In this document: positions 8,698 to 19,116 of the stretch, one piece after another
Position numbering within the stretch: the stretch's first letter is position 1
How the letters are laid out: every line of letters begins with the position of its first letter
NCBI GenBank assembly: GCA_965214445.1
Contig: CBDCBU010000001.1
Coordinates: forward strand, 1,235,601 to 1,299,600
Direction: 5' to 3'
Source of the DNA: Pontixanthobacter sp.
GTDB lineage: Bacteria > Pseudomonadota > Alphaproteobacteria > Sphingomonadales > Sphingomonadaceae
Length of the DNA stretch: 64,000 nucleotides
The notes under the pieces: model-generated
The model's database searches: none
What the model saw: the letters and a program-made list of their open reading frames with translations, nothing else
What the model was told of the DNA's origin: nothing
Position numbers and translations under genes: made by a program

Positions 8698-9647
8698 GTG
8701 TGCACTCCGGGAATGGGAAGCCCTTGATACTCCGCCACGCGGTCGAACACCAGAATGCCGAACAGAGCGAACAGATAGAGTATGCTGAAGGCGAACAACC
8801 GTTTCTCCGGCTTCATCGCGTCATTCGGTTGGGCGCGCCTGAAAGCGACCGGAATAGCGAAGGCGATGAACAGCGCTGACAAGACGCAGGCGAGTACTCC
8901 GTAGAACGCGCCCGTCGCACCGATCAGCCACGGCGAGGCTGCGACGGGAAGGAGCAGCATCGCATAGAACAAGATTTGCCGGCGCGTGGAAACCTGACCC
9001 CGGACCACCGGCATCATCGGAATGCCGACCTTCGCGTAATCGCTTTGCACGAACAGTGCGAGCGCCCAGAAATGCGGCGGTGTCCACACGAAGATGATGG
9101 CGAAAAGCAGGATCGGCATGGCCGTTACCTCGCCGGTAACCGCGATCCATCCAATGAGGGGCGGAAACGCGCCCGCCCCGCCGCCGATAACGATATTCTG
9201 CGGGGTTCGCGGCTTGAGCCAGATCGTATAGACGACCGCGTAATACACGATCGAGACGGCCAGTATGATCGCCGCCAGCCATCCGACCGCGAGCCCCATT
9301 ATACCGACCGACGCACCGGATAGCAAAATACCGAAATTGCGCGCATCCTCGCGCTGCATCCGTCCTGCGGGAAGCGGACGTCTGGCCGTGCGTTTCATTC
9401 CCGCATCAATATCGCTTTCCCACCACTGGTTGAGCGCCGCCGCGCCGCCCGCCCCGATCGCGATGCAGAAGATCGCCGTAAAGCCGATCACCGGATGGAT
9501 GGAACCGGGCGCCGCCAACAGACCGCATAGGCCGGTGAAGATTACCAGGGTCATCACCCTTGGCTTCGTCAGGGCGAAGAAGTCCCGCCAATCGGTCGGC
9601 ATGGCCGGCCTTGAAGTTGCGGAAATGGATGGCGATGAATGAGTCAT
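8694..9647 (-). CDS. ctaB: Heme o synthase (protoheme IX farnesyltransferase)
   Basis: 317 aa polytopic UbiA-family protein (FALTKPRVM..., [10 protein letters not shown]) inside the cox cluster. Confidence 0.93.
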   Translation of the reverse strand: MTHSSPSISATSRPAMPTDWRDFFALTKPRVMTLVIFTGLCGLLAAPGSIHPVIGFTAIFCIAIGAGGAAALNQWWESDIDAGMKRTARRPLPAGRMQREDARNFGILLSGASVGIMGLAVGWLAAIILAVSIVYYAVVYTIWLKPRTPQNIVIGGGAGAFPPLIGWIAVTGEVTAMPILLFAIIFVWTPPHFWALALFVQSDYAKVGIPMMPVVRGQVSTRRQILFYAMLLLPVAASPWLIGATGAFYGVLACVLSALFIAFAIPVAFRRAQPNDAMKPEKRLFAFSILYLFALFGILVFDRVAEYQGLPIPGVHT

Positions 9648-9695
9648 TCGGGAATGGCTTCGTTCGTCCTATCGAAAGTCATAAAAGCTCGGGTC

Positions 9696-9730
9696 GAAGA
9701 AAGGGGCGGTATCGCGAACGATACGCCCCC
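9696..9730 (-). terminator. Intrinsic terminator-like hairpin between ctaD and ctaB
   Basis: Minus strand reads GGGGCGTATCG-TTCG-CGATACCGCCCC followed by TTTCTTC. That is an 11-bp G/C-rich stem with one bulge and a UUCG-type tetraloop, about 50 nt after the ctaD stop. Confidence 0.5.
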
Positions 9731-9782
9731 TCCCCCTTATTGAGTTGGTCGCGGCCCGCGATCGACCGTGTCGCCTGCAGCG

Positions 9783-11492
9783 TCAGGCGCTGACCTGCCG
9801 GTGATCGTGGTAATCGTGGTGATCCTCGATCACGGGAAGCGTTTCGAACTGGTGGAACGGCGGCGGCGAAGTCAGCGTCCATTCCAGCGTCGTCGCACCT
9901 TCGCCCCATGGATTGTTTCCAGCCGTCTTTCCTGCCGCGAAGGCATAGACGAGGTTGACGAAGAAGATCACCATCGACGCTGCCATGATGACATAGCCGA
10001 TCGACGATATGTGGTTCCAATATTCATACGCCGCCGGATAATCGGGATAACGGCGCGGCATTCCCTGGATGCCCAGGAAATGCTGCGGGAAGAAGATCAC
10101 GTTCACCCCGATGAAGAACACCCAGAAATGCAGGTGCGAGAGAAACTCGCTGTGCATCCGGCCGCTCATCTTGGGGAACCAGTAATAGAAGCCCGCGAAC
10201 ATGGAGAACACGGCACCCATCGACAGCACGTAATGGAAATGCGCGACCACGTAATAGGTATCGTGCAGATTGTCATCGATGCCGCCATTGGCGAGAACGA
10301 TACCGGTGACGCCGCCTACGGTAAACAGGAAGATGAAGCCCAGCGACCAGATCAACGGTGATTTGAACTCCAGCGATCCACCCCACATGGTTGCGATCCA
10401 GCTGAAGATCTTCACCCCGGTGGGAACTGCGATCAGCATCGTCGCGGCAGTGAAATACATCTTCGTATTCACGTCCAGCCCGACCGTGTACATGTGGTGC
10501 GCCCATACGATGAAGCCGATAACGCCGATCGCGACCATGGCGTAGGCCATGCCGAGATAGCCGAACACCGGCTTGCGGCTGAACGTGGCTACGATCTGGC
10601 TGACCATGCCGAAACCGGGCAGGATCATGATGTACACTTCCGGGTGGCCGAAGAACCAGAACAGGTGCTGGTACAGGACCGGATCGCCGCCACCGGCAGG
10701 ATTGAAGAAAGTCGTGTCGAAATTACGATCGGTCAGCAGCATGGTGATCGCCGCCGCCAGGACCGGCAGCGCGAGCAGCAGCAGGAATGCCGTCACCAAA
10801 ATGGACCATACGAACAGCGGCATCTTGTGCAGCGTCATGCCCGGCGCGCGCATGTTGAAAATGGTGGTGATGAAGTTGGTCGCACCAAGGATCGAGCCGG
10901 CTCCCGCAAGGTGCAGCGCGAAGATCGCGAAATCGACTGCCGGACCGGTGGAACCGTAGGTCGAGAGCGGCGCGTAGACGGTCCAGCCTGTTCCCGCGCC
11001 CATGCCGGCCGGCGAACCGGGTACGAACATCGAGAACATCAGGGACAGGAACCCGGCAACGGTCAGCCAGAAGGACACGTTGTTCATGCGCGGAAACGCC
11101 ATGTCGGGCGCGCCGATCATGATGGGCACGAACCAGTTGCCGAACCCGCCGATCATGGCGGGCATGACCATGAAGAACACCATGATCAGGCCGTGCGCGG
11201 TAATCAGGACGTTCCACATATGGAGGTTCGCGTCGAATGCAGCCTCCCCGCCCATCATCGTCACGACGCCGCCAAGGACCTGAATGCCCGGTTCGGCGAG
11301 CTCGGCACGCATGATCCCTGAAATCGCACCCCCGATGATCCCGGCCATCACGGCGAAGATCAAATAGAGCGTGCCGATATCCTTGTGGTTCGTCGACATG
11401 AACCACCGGGCGAAGAAGCCGGGCTTGTGATCGGCATGATCGTCGTGCGCACGTTCGTCGTGGATCGGGAAACTTTCGGCGGTGGTTGCCAT
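9783..11492 (-). CDS. ctaD: Cytochrome c oxidase subunit I
   Basis: 569 aa, [10 protein letters not shown] and VWAHHMY heme/CuB ligand blocks. Confidence 0.97.
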   Translation of the reverse strand: MATTAESFPIHDERAHDDHADHKPGFFARWFMSTNHKDIGTLYLIFAVMAGIIGGAISGIMRAELAEPGIQVLGGVVTMMGGEAAFDANLHMWNVLITAHGLIMVFFMVMPAMIGGFGNWFVPIMIGAPDMAFPRMNNVSFWLTVAGFLSLMFSMFVPGSPAGMGAGTGWTVYAPLSTYGSTGPAVDFAIFALHLAGAGSILGATNFITTIFNMRAPGMTLHKMPLFVWSILVTAFLLLLALPVLAAAITMLLTDRNFDTTFFNPAGGGDPVLYQHLFWFFGHPEVYIMILPGFGMVSQIVATFSRKPVFGYLGMAYAMVAIGVIGFIVWAHHMYTVGLDVNTKMYFTAATMLIAVPTGVKIFSWIATMWGGSLEFKSPLIWSLGFIFLFTVGGVTGIVLANGGIDDNLHDTYYVVAHFHYVLSMGAVFSMFAGFYYWFPKMSGRMHSEFLSHLHFWVFFIGVNVIFFPQHFLGIQGMPRRYPDYPAAYEYWNHISSIGYVIMAASMVIFFVNLVYAFAAGKTAGNNPWGEGATTLEWTLTSPPPFHQFETLPVIEDHHDYHDHRQVSA

Positions 11493-11546
11493 AGTCTGTC
11501 TCTAGCCCTTGCTGGAGTTCAATCGTTCATTGTCGTTCGGTGCGGA

Positions 11547-12623
11547 TCAGGTCGTTTCGGTTTCGACGGCCGTTTCGTCGTCCGTACCCTCGTTCGCGTC
11601 GTCGCCAGACGCGGCGGGCGCAGTTTCAGCCGGTTCGTCGCCGGCTATCGTGCCGCCCTTGGACCGGACCCATGCTTCCCACTGCGCACGGGGCAGCGCT
11701 TCTACGGCGATCGGCATGAACCCGTGACGCGCGCCGCACAGTTCCGAACATTGCCCGTAATAGATGCCCGGCTCCTTGATCGTCAAAAGCCGTTCGTTGA
11801 GACGTCCTGGAACCGCATCCTGTTTGAACCAGAGCGAAGGTACGGCGAAGGAATGGATTACGTCCGCAGCCGTCGTCTGAATGCGAAGCGGCGTGTTCGC
11901 GGGCACGACCATGCGATTGTCGACGGCCAGCTGCCCCGGCAGCCCCTTCGCAACCGCTTCGTCTTCCGGCATCATGTTCGAGATAACCTCGAAACCGCCA
12001 TTGTCCGGATAGGCATAGCCCCAGTACCATTGATAGCCGATCGCCTTGATGGTCACCGCATCTTCCGGCGGCGTTTCATATTGCCGCGCCAGCAGGGTAA
12101 TCGACGGGATCGCGATGCCGACCAGAATGAGCACTGGGACCAATGTCCACACGACTTCGATCAGAGTGTTATGCGTGGTCTTGGACGGCGTGGGATTGGC
12201 CCGGCGGCGATATTTCACCACCACCCAAAGCAGCAGGCCCAGCACGAACAGGCAGATCGCGGTGACTACCGGCAACAGGACGTAAGTGTGCATATTGTAC
12301 GCGAACCGACCGTCATCGGTATATTGCGGCTGAAAATCGATGGCGCCGGCTTCGGGCTGACCCTTGATCCATTCCGGGCCGAGCGGCGTATAGCTCGAAT
12401 CCGCAGCAGGCGCCTCGGTCGCGACCATGTCCGCACCCTCGACCGCAGTGGCGGAAGGGTCGCCTTCATCCACCATCGCCGGGGCGCGCACATCGGTACC
12501 TTGCGCCGAAGCCGCGTTCGGCATGGCGAACAGGCCGACCGTCACCAATCCCGCGAGCAGCAACGCGATCAGCGCAGCGAAGCCCGATCCGTATCCGCGC
12601 CGTATCGTGTTGCCGAAAACCAT
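11547..12623 (-). CDS. ctaC: Cytochrome c oxidase subunit II
   Basis: CuA motif HSFAVP...CSELCGARHGFM. ATG at 12623 gives a signal-like N-terminus (tracked ORF extends to 12692). Acidic C-terminal tail. Confidence 0.92.
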   Translation of the reverse strand: MVFGNTIRRGYGSGFAALIALLLAGLVTVGLFAMPNAASAQGTDVRAPAMVDEGDPSATAVEGADMVATEAPAADSSYTPLGPEWIKGQPEAGAIDFQPQYTDDGRFAYNMHTYVLLPVVTAICLFVLGLLLWVVVKYRRRANPTPSKTTHNTLIEVVWTLVPVLILVGIAIPSITLLARQYETPPEDAVTIKAIGYQWYWGYAYPDNGGFEVISNMMPEDEAVAKGLPGQLAVDNRMVVPANTPLRIQTTAADVIHSFAVPSLWFKQDAVPGRLNERLLTIKEPGIYYGQCSELCGARHGFMPIAVEALPRAQWEAWVRSKGGTIAGDEPAETAPAASGDDANEGTDDETAVETETT

Positions 12624-12839
12624 GCGTGCCGCTTTCCCGATTCCGCCGCATCCGGCGGCAATGACGGCCCGCATGACGCTGGCCGCAGACATCCCTCAGC
12701 AGGGACTGGTACGAATGCGGGCTATACGCACGGTTGCCCGCCGCCTCAAGCGGTTCTAGGAGAAAAATCCGCAAGCCTTGTTGTCGCCAGGACAACGACC
12801 GGTGCAGCCCATTCGATGGGCCTTCGAGATGGACAGCCG

Positions 12840-13418
12840 ATGACTCCCGACCAGGTTCTTTTGGAATTCAGAACGAGTGGCGCCCTGCTCGAAGGACATT
12901 TCAAGCTGTCATCCGGCCGCCATAGCGGCCACTACCTCCAATGCGCCCGCCTGCTGATGCACCCGGCGCGCGCCGCCCGGATCGCCGAAGCACTGGTCGA
13001 CCGGCTGCCCGGCGATCTGCGCAAGACGATAGATTACGTGGTTTCACCCGCGATGGGCGGGATCATCATCGGCCATGAAACGGGGCGGGCCTTGGATAGG
13101 GACGCCATGTTCCTCGAACGGCCGGGAGGAAATTTCGAATTGCGTCGCGGCTTTCGCATCGAAGAAGGTTCGAATATTCTGGTGGTGGAGGATGTGGTCA
13201 CCACTGGCCTTTCATCCCGGCAGGCGATCGCGGCAGTGGAAAATCTGGGCGGCCACGTCTTGGCTCTGGCTTCCATCGTCGACCGGACAGAAGGCGAAGC
13301 CGCATTCGCCGTCCCTTACCATGCGCTCATAGATATCGCTTTCCCGACTTACGCTCCGGCCGCCGTACCCGCGGAGCTGGCGGCTCTTCCGGTTACCAAG
13401 CCCGGCAGCCGCGCATGA
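12840..13418 (+). CDS. pyrE: Orotate phosphoribosyltransferase
   Basis: Last 192 aa of tracked ORF 11385..13418. [29 protein letters not shown]..., PRPP loop VVEDVVTTG. Confidence 0.9.
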   Translation: MTPDQVLLEFRTSGALLEGHFKLSSGRHSGHYLQCARLLMHPARAARIAEALVDRLPGDLRKTIDYVVSPAMGGIIIGHETGRALDRDAMFLERPGGNFELRRGFRIEEGSNILVVEDVVTTGLSSRQAIAAVENLGGHVLALASIVDRTEGEAAFAVPYHALIDIAFPTYAPAAVPAELAALPVTKPGSRA

Positions 13419-14146
13419 CGGCCGGCCATCTGCGGCTCGGCGTGAACATCGATCATGTCGCGACGATCCGGAACGCGCGGGGCGGCGATCATCCCGATCC
13501 GGTCCGCGCCGCGCAGATCGTCGGCCGGGTCGGCGGAGACGGGATCACCGCCCATCTGCGGGAAGATCGCCGGCATATCCGCGACGACGATCTCAAGCGC
13601 ATACAGGACGCGACCGACCTGCCGCTCAATCTGGAAATGGCGGCGACCGACGAGATGCTGGAAATCGCCCTTCGCCACAAACCCCATGCGGCCTGCATCG
13701 TACCTGAAAAACGCGAGGAGCGCACGACGGAAGGCGGTCTCGACGCGGCGGGACAGCACAACCGTATCGCGCCGATCGTATCGCGCCTCGCCGATGCGGG
13801 TATAAAGGTCAGCCTGTTTATCGAAGCCGATGCCCGCCAGCTGGAGGCGGCCGTCCGGCTGCGCGTGCCGGTGGTCGAATTCCACACCGGCGAATATGCT
13901 CACGCGACCGGAGAGGCGCGCGCGACCGAACTCAGACGCATCGCCGATATGAGCGCCTTGGCAGCGAAGAACGGCATCGAACCGCATGCGGGCCATGGCC
14001 TGACCTACGACAATGTTCAGCCGATCGCGGCGATCCCGCAATTGGCCGAACTCAATATCGGTCATTACCTGGTCGGCGAAGCGTTGTTCGTCGGGCTGGA
14101 GAACGCGGTACGCGCCATGCGGCAACTGATGGACGATGCCCGATGA
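13415..14146 (+). CDS. pdxJ: Pyridoxine 5'-phosphate synthase
   Basis: [16 protein letters not shown] motif. ATGA overlap with pyrE. Confidence 0.93.
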   Translation: MTAGHLRLGVNIDHVATIRNARGGDHPDPVRAAQIVGRVGGDGITAHLREDRRHIRDDDLKRIQDATDLPLNLEMAATDEMLEIALRHKPHAACIVPEKREERTTEGGLDAAGQHNRIAPIVSRLADAGIKVSLFIEADARQLEAAVRLRVPVVEFHTGEYAHATGEARATELRRIADMSALAAKNGIEPHAGHGLTYDNVQPIAAIPQLAELNIGHYLVGEALFVGLENAVRAMRQLMDDAR

Positions 14147-14559
14147 TCATCGGCGTCGGTTCCGATCTGTGCAATATAGAACGCATTCAGGGCGTTCTGG
14201 ACCGCCATGGAGAACGGTTCGAACAACGCAGCTTCACCGCGACCGAACGCGCCAAGGCGGCCAAGCGACCCTATACCCGTGCCGGGACCTACGCCAAACG
14301 CTTCGCCGCGAAGGAAGCGTTCTCGAAGGCCGTCGGCACCGGCTTCTATCGCGGCGTCTACATGAAAGACATCGGTGTCGTGAACGCCAGATCGGGCGCA
14401 CCCACCCTCTCCCTTACCAACGGCGCGGCAGCCCGGCTCATGGAACTGACGCCCGCCGGTCATCGCGCCGTCATCCATCTGACCCTCACGGACGACCATC
14501 CATGGGCGCAGGCCTATGTCATCATCGAAGCGTTGCCTATCGCGGGCGACCCGGTATGA
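14143..14559 (+). CDS. acpS: Holo-[acyl-carrier-protein] synthase
   Basis: 138 aa, [15 protein letters not shown]... Start overlaps the pdxJ stop. Confidence 0.9.
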   Translation: MIIGVGSDLCNIERIQGVLDRHGERFEQRSFTATERAKAAKRPYTRAGTYAKRFAAKEAFSKAVGTGFYRGVYMKDIGVVNARSGAPTLSLTNGAAARLMELTPAGHRAVIHLTLTDDHPWAQAYVIIEALPIAGDPV

Positions 14560-14605
14560 GCCACGCTGCCCCGTCCCAACCTTCGCAGCGCAAGCCGAAC
14601 CAACG

Positions 14606-15511
14606 ATGACCCGATCCCCCGCCCATGCCCACGCCGTCACCGATACGAAGAACGAGGCGGAGGACGATTCCATCAACTGGTTCGCCGAGATCCGCGGGCT
14701 GGCGCTGATGCTGCTGGCTGTCCTGATGGTTCACAGTCTGATCGCGAAGCCGTTCTACATTCCCAGCACGTCCATGCTGCCCAATCTGATGGTTGGCGAC
14801 CGGCTGGTGGTGAGCAAGTATCCCTATGGTTATTCGTGGGTGTCCGCATCCTTCCACATGCTGCCGCGGTCCGATTGGCGCGTCTTCCCCGGCACGCCCG
14901 AATATGGCGATATCGTCATCGCTGTTCCGCCGACGAGGGATGAAGATTACATCAAGCGGGTCGTAGCCCTGCCCGGCGACCGCGTCGCGGTCCGCGACGG
15001 GCGGCTGTTCCTCAACGGACGCGCCGTACCACGCACGGTCGAACCCGCGATCCGGTTGCCGGCAGGTGATCCGCATGTCTGCGACGGCGCGCCCTGCCTC
15101 GACTATTTCGAAGAATATCGCCTGACATTGCCCAACGGCAAAGACGTGTTCGAAGTGGAAACCTATCGCGAAACGCTGCCCAATGGCGCCTCCTATCTGA
15201 TCATTGATCACAAGGATCAGGGGCTCGACAATTTCGCCGAGATTACCGTTCCGGACGGCCACGTCTTCCTGATGGGCGACAACCGCGACCATTCCGCCGA
15301 CAGCCGGGCACCGGCCTATGCCAGCGGCCTGGGTGGGCCGGTGCCATTGGAAAATGTCGGGGGCCGCGCGGAATTCATCACCTTCTCGCTCGACGGATCG
15401 ACAGGCTGGAACCCGGCGACGTGGTGGCCGTCCTTGCGTGACGGACGGGCGTGGAGGACCCTGCGTCCGACGATCGATTTGGCACGCAAGGATAAAGGTA
15501 TCGGCGAATGA
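14606..15511 (+). CDS. lepB: Signal peptidase I
   Basis: Catalytic Ser box PSTSMLPNL and Lys box GDNRDHSADSR. ATG at 14606 within tracked ORF 14516..15511. Confidence 0.9.
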   Translation: MTRSPAHAHAVTDTKNEAEDDSINWFAEIRGLALMLLAVLMVHSLIAKPFYIPSTSMLPNLMVGDRLVVSKYPYGYSWVSASFHMLPRSDWRVFPGTPEYGDIVIAVPPTRDEDYIKRVVALPGDRVAVRDGRLFLNGRAVPRTVEPAIRLPAGDPHVCDGAPCLDYFEEYRLTLPNGKDVFEVETYRETLPNGASYLIIDHKDQGLDNFAEITVPDGHVFLMGDNRDHSADSRAPAYASGLGGPVPLENVGGRAEFITFSLDGSTGWNPATWWPSLRDGRAWRTLRPTIDLARKDKGIGE

Positions 15512-16620
15512 GCGGTTCCGGTCCTGACGAACGAGACGACGACCGACAGGACGCACAGATCGGTTCCAGTCCCGCGCGGATCGACGACAACCGGCTGCGG
15601 TTCGAAGCGCAGCGGGCGTTCGTATGGGCCGTCGTGCTCGGCGCCATCGCACTGGCCGTCTATATTTCGCAAAGCCTGCTCATCCTTTTCGGCGCGCTGG
15701 TGTTCGGCGCGATGCTGGATGGCGGGGCACGGCTGCTCGGCCGGGTTCTGCCGATACCGCGGATGTTGCGGATCTTGATCGTGATCGCCACCATCTGCCT
15801 GTTTTTCTACTGGCTCGTGACTTTTGCCGGTTCGCAGATCTCCGAAGAAGCCGCGCAGCTTCCGCAAATCGTCGAAGCGCAATACTGGATTACGCTTGCC
15901 TGGCTCCGGGACCAGGGTTTCGCGATCAACCCCGAAACCATTCAGAACATGATCGGCGGCATAGCTGGCAGTTTCGGTACGGTGACACAGGCGGTCGGCG
16001 GCATATTGGGCGGTATTACCACGCTGTTCCTGATCGTGGTGATTGGCATATATGTCACGGTGGAGCCCCGCATCTACGAGCGCGGCGTAGCCTGGATGAT
16101 CGTGCGCGACCGGCGCGAGGAGTTCTTCGAAACCCTGCGCCAGATGGCTTATACGATGCGCCGCCTCATGGCGGGGCGACTGGTCGGCATGGCGTTCGAA
16201 GGGGTGTTCACCTGGGCCGCGCTGGCGCTCTACGGAGTGCCGATGGCCGCGCTGCTTGGCATCCTGACGGGGCTGCTGGCCTTCATCCCCAATCTCGGCG
16301 CGCTGATCGGTGGCATATTGATGATCGCGGTCGGATTTTCGGGCGGGGTCGAGATGGGCGTCTACACGCTGATGATCTACGCCGCCGTGCAGATGCTCGA
16401 TGGCTATTTCGTCATTCCGATGATCGCCAAGAAGACCGTCGATCTGGCCCCGGCGCTGGTGCTGGCCGCGCAGCTGGTGATGGGCATATTGTTCGGCATT
16501 CTCGGACTGTTTCTGGCCGATCCGGCGCTGGCGATGATCAAGGTCGCTCTGGAACGGCGAAGCGATCATATGGACGATCAGGACCATTCGGCGCAGGAAG
16601 CGGGGACGCATGGCGCGTAA
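15508..16620 (+). CDS. AI-2E family transporter (PerM/YhhT-like)
   Basis: 370 aa, polytopic, LAFIPNLG block typical of PF01594. ATGA overlap with lepB. Confidence 0.85.
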   Translation: MSGSGPDERDDDRQDAQIGSSPARIDDNRLRFEAQRAFVWAVVLGAIALAVYISQSLLILFGALVFGAMLDGGARLLGRVLPIPRMLRILIVIATICLFFYWLVTFAGSQISEEAAQLPQIVEAQYWITLAWLRDQGFAINPETIQNMIGGIAGSFGTVTQAVGGILGGITTLFLIVVIGIYVTVEPRIYERGVAWMIVRDRREEFFETLRQMAYTMRRLMAGRLVGMAFEGVFTWAALALYGVPMAALLGILTGLLAFIPNLGALIGGILMIAVGFSGGVEMGVYTLMIYAAVQMLDGYFVIPMIAKKTVDLAPALVLAAQLVMGILFGILGLFLADPALAMIKVALERRSDHMDDQDHSAQEAGTHGA

Positions 16621-17743
16621 GTTTCTCTATTTCGTCGCTGCCTGCATCATTCTCGTCCTGGCAGGTGCTTTCGCGCTCCGCATCTGGTCGGATGAAATTG
16701 CAGAGCTCGCACTGGTGCCGAGTGCCGAATTCGAATCGCAGGACAGCCTGGCGGCGAACGCCTATGACGATCCGGCCATGTGGTTCTCGCGCCCCGGAAT
16801 GGGAACCGACAACCCCGCCCGCTGGCAGCCACCGACGCGCGGGCAGCGCCGGAACAATCGCGCCGCGACCGGCGACATACCCGAATTCGCGGTGTTCTTC
16901 GTTCATCCCACCAGCTTCCTCGACCGCAACCGCTGGAACGCGCCGTTCGACGATGCGGAATCGCAGCGGATCGCCACGACGTATATCCGCGGGATGGCGA
17001 GCGCGTTCAACCAAGCAAGCGAGATCTGGGCGCCGCGCTATCGGCAGGCGACGATCGGAACTTTTCTAACGGACGGGTCCGAAGCCGAACAGGCGCTGGA
17101 CGCGGCCTATGCCGACGTTCGCAAGGCATTCGCCTATTTCCGCGCCAGCGTGGACACGGACACGCCGATCGTTTTGGCGGGCCACAGTCAGGGTTCGCTG
17201 CACATCCTGCGCCTGCTGCGCGAAGAGACGGACGCTGGTCTGCGCGGGCGGATCGCCGGTATCTATGTCGTCGGCTGGCCCATATCCGTGACCCGCGACC
17301 TGCCCTCTCTCGGTTTCCCCGCCTGCGCCACGCGTGAACAGCCCGGCTGCATCATGTCGTGGTCGAGCTATGCCGAGCCCGCCGATACCGGGGCATTCAT
17401 GCGACGCTACGCGCAGTCGGTCGGCTTCGACGGGCAGGCGCGCGGCAACAGCGCGATCCTGTGCACCAACCCGCTGACCGGCGGTCAAACCGATAGCGCG
17501 CCCGCCAGCGCCAATCTCGGAACGCTGGTTCCACAGGACGGCTTTCGAAGCGGCGACCTGGCGCCGGACGCCGTTTCCGCGCGTTGCGGGGCGGACGGAT
17601 TGCTGATGATCGGCGATCCGCCGCAGATGGGTGAGTTCGTCCTGCCGGGAAACAATTATCACGTTTACGACATCCCGTTGTTCTGGGCCAATACGCAGGC
17701 CGATGTCGTGCGCCGGGTGCAGGCGTGGCAGCAGAACCGCTGA
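16610..17743 (+). CDS. DUF3089 family alpha/beta-fold (lipase-like) protein
   Basis: N-terminal TM, nucleophile elbow GHSQGS. 11-nt overlap with the upstream gene. Confidence 0.7.
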   Translation: MARKFLYFVAACIILVLAGAFALRIWSDEIAELALVPSAEFESQDSLAANAYDDPAMWFSRPGMGTDNPARWQPPTRGQRRNNRAATGDIPEFAVFFVHPTSFLDRNRWNAPFDDAESQRIATTYIRGMASAFNQASEIWAPRYRQATIGTFLTDGSEAEQALDAAYADVRKAFAYFRASVDTDTPIVLAGHSQGSLHILRLLREETDAGLRGRIAGIYVVGWPISVTRDLPSLGFPACATREQPGCIMSWSSYAEPADTGAFMRRYAQSVGFDGQARGNSAILCTNPLTGGQTDSAPASANLGTLVPQDGFRSGDLAPDAVSARCGADGLLMIGDPPQMGEFVLPGNNYHVYDIPLFWANTQADVVRRVQAWQQNR

Positions 17744-18210
17744 TCTTCGAAAACGCGCACGGCCTGCGCACGACGCTGCCCGGTGGCGGTGCGTTGCTCG
17801 CGCTCGATGTAGGGACGAAGACCATCGGCACGGCATTCTGCGATGCCGGCTGGCAGTTCGCTACAGCCGGCAAGACGGTGGAACGCAGTAAGTTCGGTCG
17901 TGATCGGGAAACCTTGCGCGCCATCATCATCGACCGCGGGATTGCCGGCATCGTAATCGGTCTGCCCCGCAATATGGACGGCAGCGAAGGTCCGCGCGCG
18001 CAGGCCAGCCGCGCCTATGCCCGCAATTTATTGGAGGCGTTCGGACTGCCGATCCTGCTATGGGACGAACGCTGGTCGACGACATCGGCGCAGCGCGACA
18101 TGATCGGTCAGGATATGAGCCGCCGCAAACGCGCGCAGCGGATCGACAGCCATGCTGCGGCGGTATTCCTGCAAGGTGCGATCGATGCGCTGGCCGGGGG
18201 CATCCTATGA
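17725..18210 (+). CDS. ruvX: Holliday junction resolvase-like RuvX (YqgF)
   Basis: LALDVGTKTIGTA and GLPRNMDGSEG blocks. Start uncertain. Confidence 0.85.
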   Translation: MAAEPLIFENAHGLRTTLPGGGALLALDVGTKTIGTAFCDAGWQFATAGKTVERSKFGRDRETLRAIIIDRGIAGIVIGLPRNMDGSEGPRAQASRAYARNLLEAFGLPILLWDERWSTTSAQRDMIGQDMSRRKRAQRIDSHAAAVFLQGAIDALAGGIL

Positions 18211-18255
18211 CATGTTACCGCTCATATCGTTCTCCGTCCGGGCGAAGCTGATCGC

Positions 18256-18702
18256 ATGTCCGACCTTCCACCCTTCGATCCCAGTCAGGCCGCACGCTTC
18301 ATGCTGCGGCACGGCCACTCCGCCAAGATCGGCCTGCGTTATCGCGATCATGGCGGGAACTGGGTTTCGCTGGAACTGCCATGGCGCGAAGACCTTGTAG
18401 GTGAAGTCGATCGCGGAATGCTGGCTTCCGGTCCGATATTATCCATGCTCGACATGGCCTCGGGATTGGCGATCTGGACCGCCCATGGCAAGTTCGTGCC
18501 GATCGCGACACTGGATTTGCGCGTCGATTACCAGCGGCCGGCGGAGCAGGGGGCGGCCGTGACCGGGCGGGTGGAATGTTATCGCCTGTCACGGTCCGCC
18601 GCGTTCGTGCGCGGCACAGCGCATGACGGCGATATGGAGAATATCGTCGCCACCATGTCCGGCGTATTCATGTCGATCGCCAAGGATGTTCGTAGTGCAT
18701 GA
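18256..18702 (+). CDS. PaaI family (hotdog) thioesterase
   Basis: 148 aa, hotdog-type pattern (GMLASGPILSMLDMASG). Confidence 0.72.
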   Translation: MSDLPPFDPSQAARFMLRHGHSAKIGLRYRDHGGNWVSLELPWREDLVGEVDRGMLASGPILSMLDMASGLAIWTAHGKFVPIATLDLRVDYQRPAEQGAAVTGRVECYRLSRSAAFVRGTAHDGDMENIVATMSGVFMSIAKDVRSA

Positions 18703-19105
18703 TGACGATGGCGGGCAGTTGACGGCCTATGCCCGTTCGCTTGGCATAAGCGTCCACGGGCACGAAGGCGCGGTCCCCATATTGCGCTGCGGCTTCGGCA
18801 GTGACGTGGAAGGGCGACCTGACCATCTGCATGGCGGTGCCATATCCGGCCTCCTGGAAACCGCCGGCTATGCCCTGCTGCGTGCCGAACTGCTTCGGCG
18901 GGACCGCGAACACAGGCTGAAACCGATCAACATCACGGTCCAGTTCCTCAGCGCGGGAAAAGCGCAGGATACCTTCGCGAAGGCGCGGATCGTGAAGCTG
19001 GGCCGCCGCAACGCCAATATCTCGATCGAGGCATGGCAGGATGACCCGGCGCGCCCGATTGCGACCGCGATCATGAACATATTGATGGCGCAGCCCGAGG
19101 GCTGA
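18686..19105 (+). CDS. PaaI family (hotdog) thioesterase, second copy
   Basis: HGGAISGLLETAGY block. ATG at 18686 overlaps the end of the previous thioesterase gene. Confidence 0.7.
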   Translation: MFVVHDDDGGQLTAYARSLGISVHGHEGAVPILRCGFGSDVEGRPDHLHGGAISGLLETAGYALLRAELLRRDREHRLKPINITVQFLSAGKAQDTFAKARIVKLGRRNANISIEAWQDDPARPIATAIMNILMAQPEG

Positions 19106-19116
19106 GCTACCTCCGT

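Noticed and set aside
11385-12839. N-terminal ~485 aa of the 677-aa + strand ORF 11385..13418
   Set aside because: This part is antisense to ctaD/ctaC and has no motifs. Only the last 192 aa, from the ATG at 12840, form pyrE.
15316-16611. 431-aa ORF on the - strand
   Set aside because: It is antisense to the AI-2E transporter gene. Its composition is Arg/His/Asp/Gln-rich with no membrane or domain features. It is a high-GC artefact.
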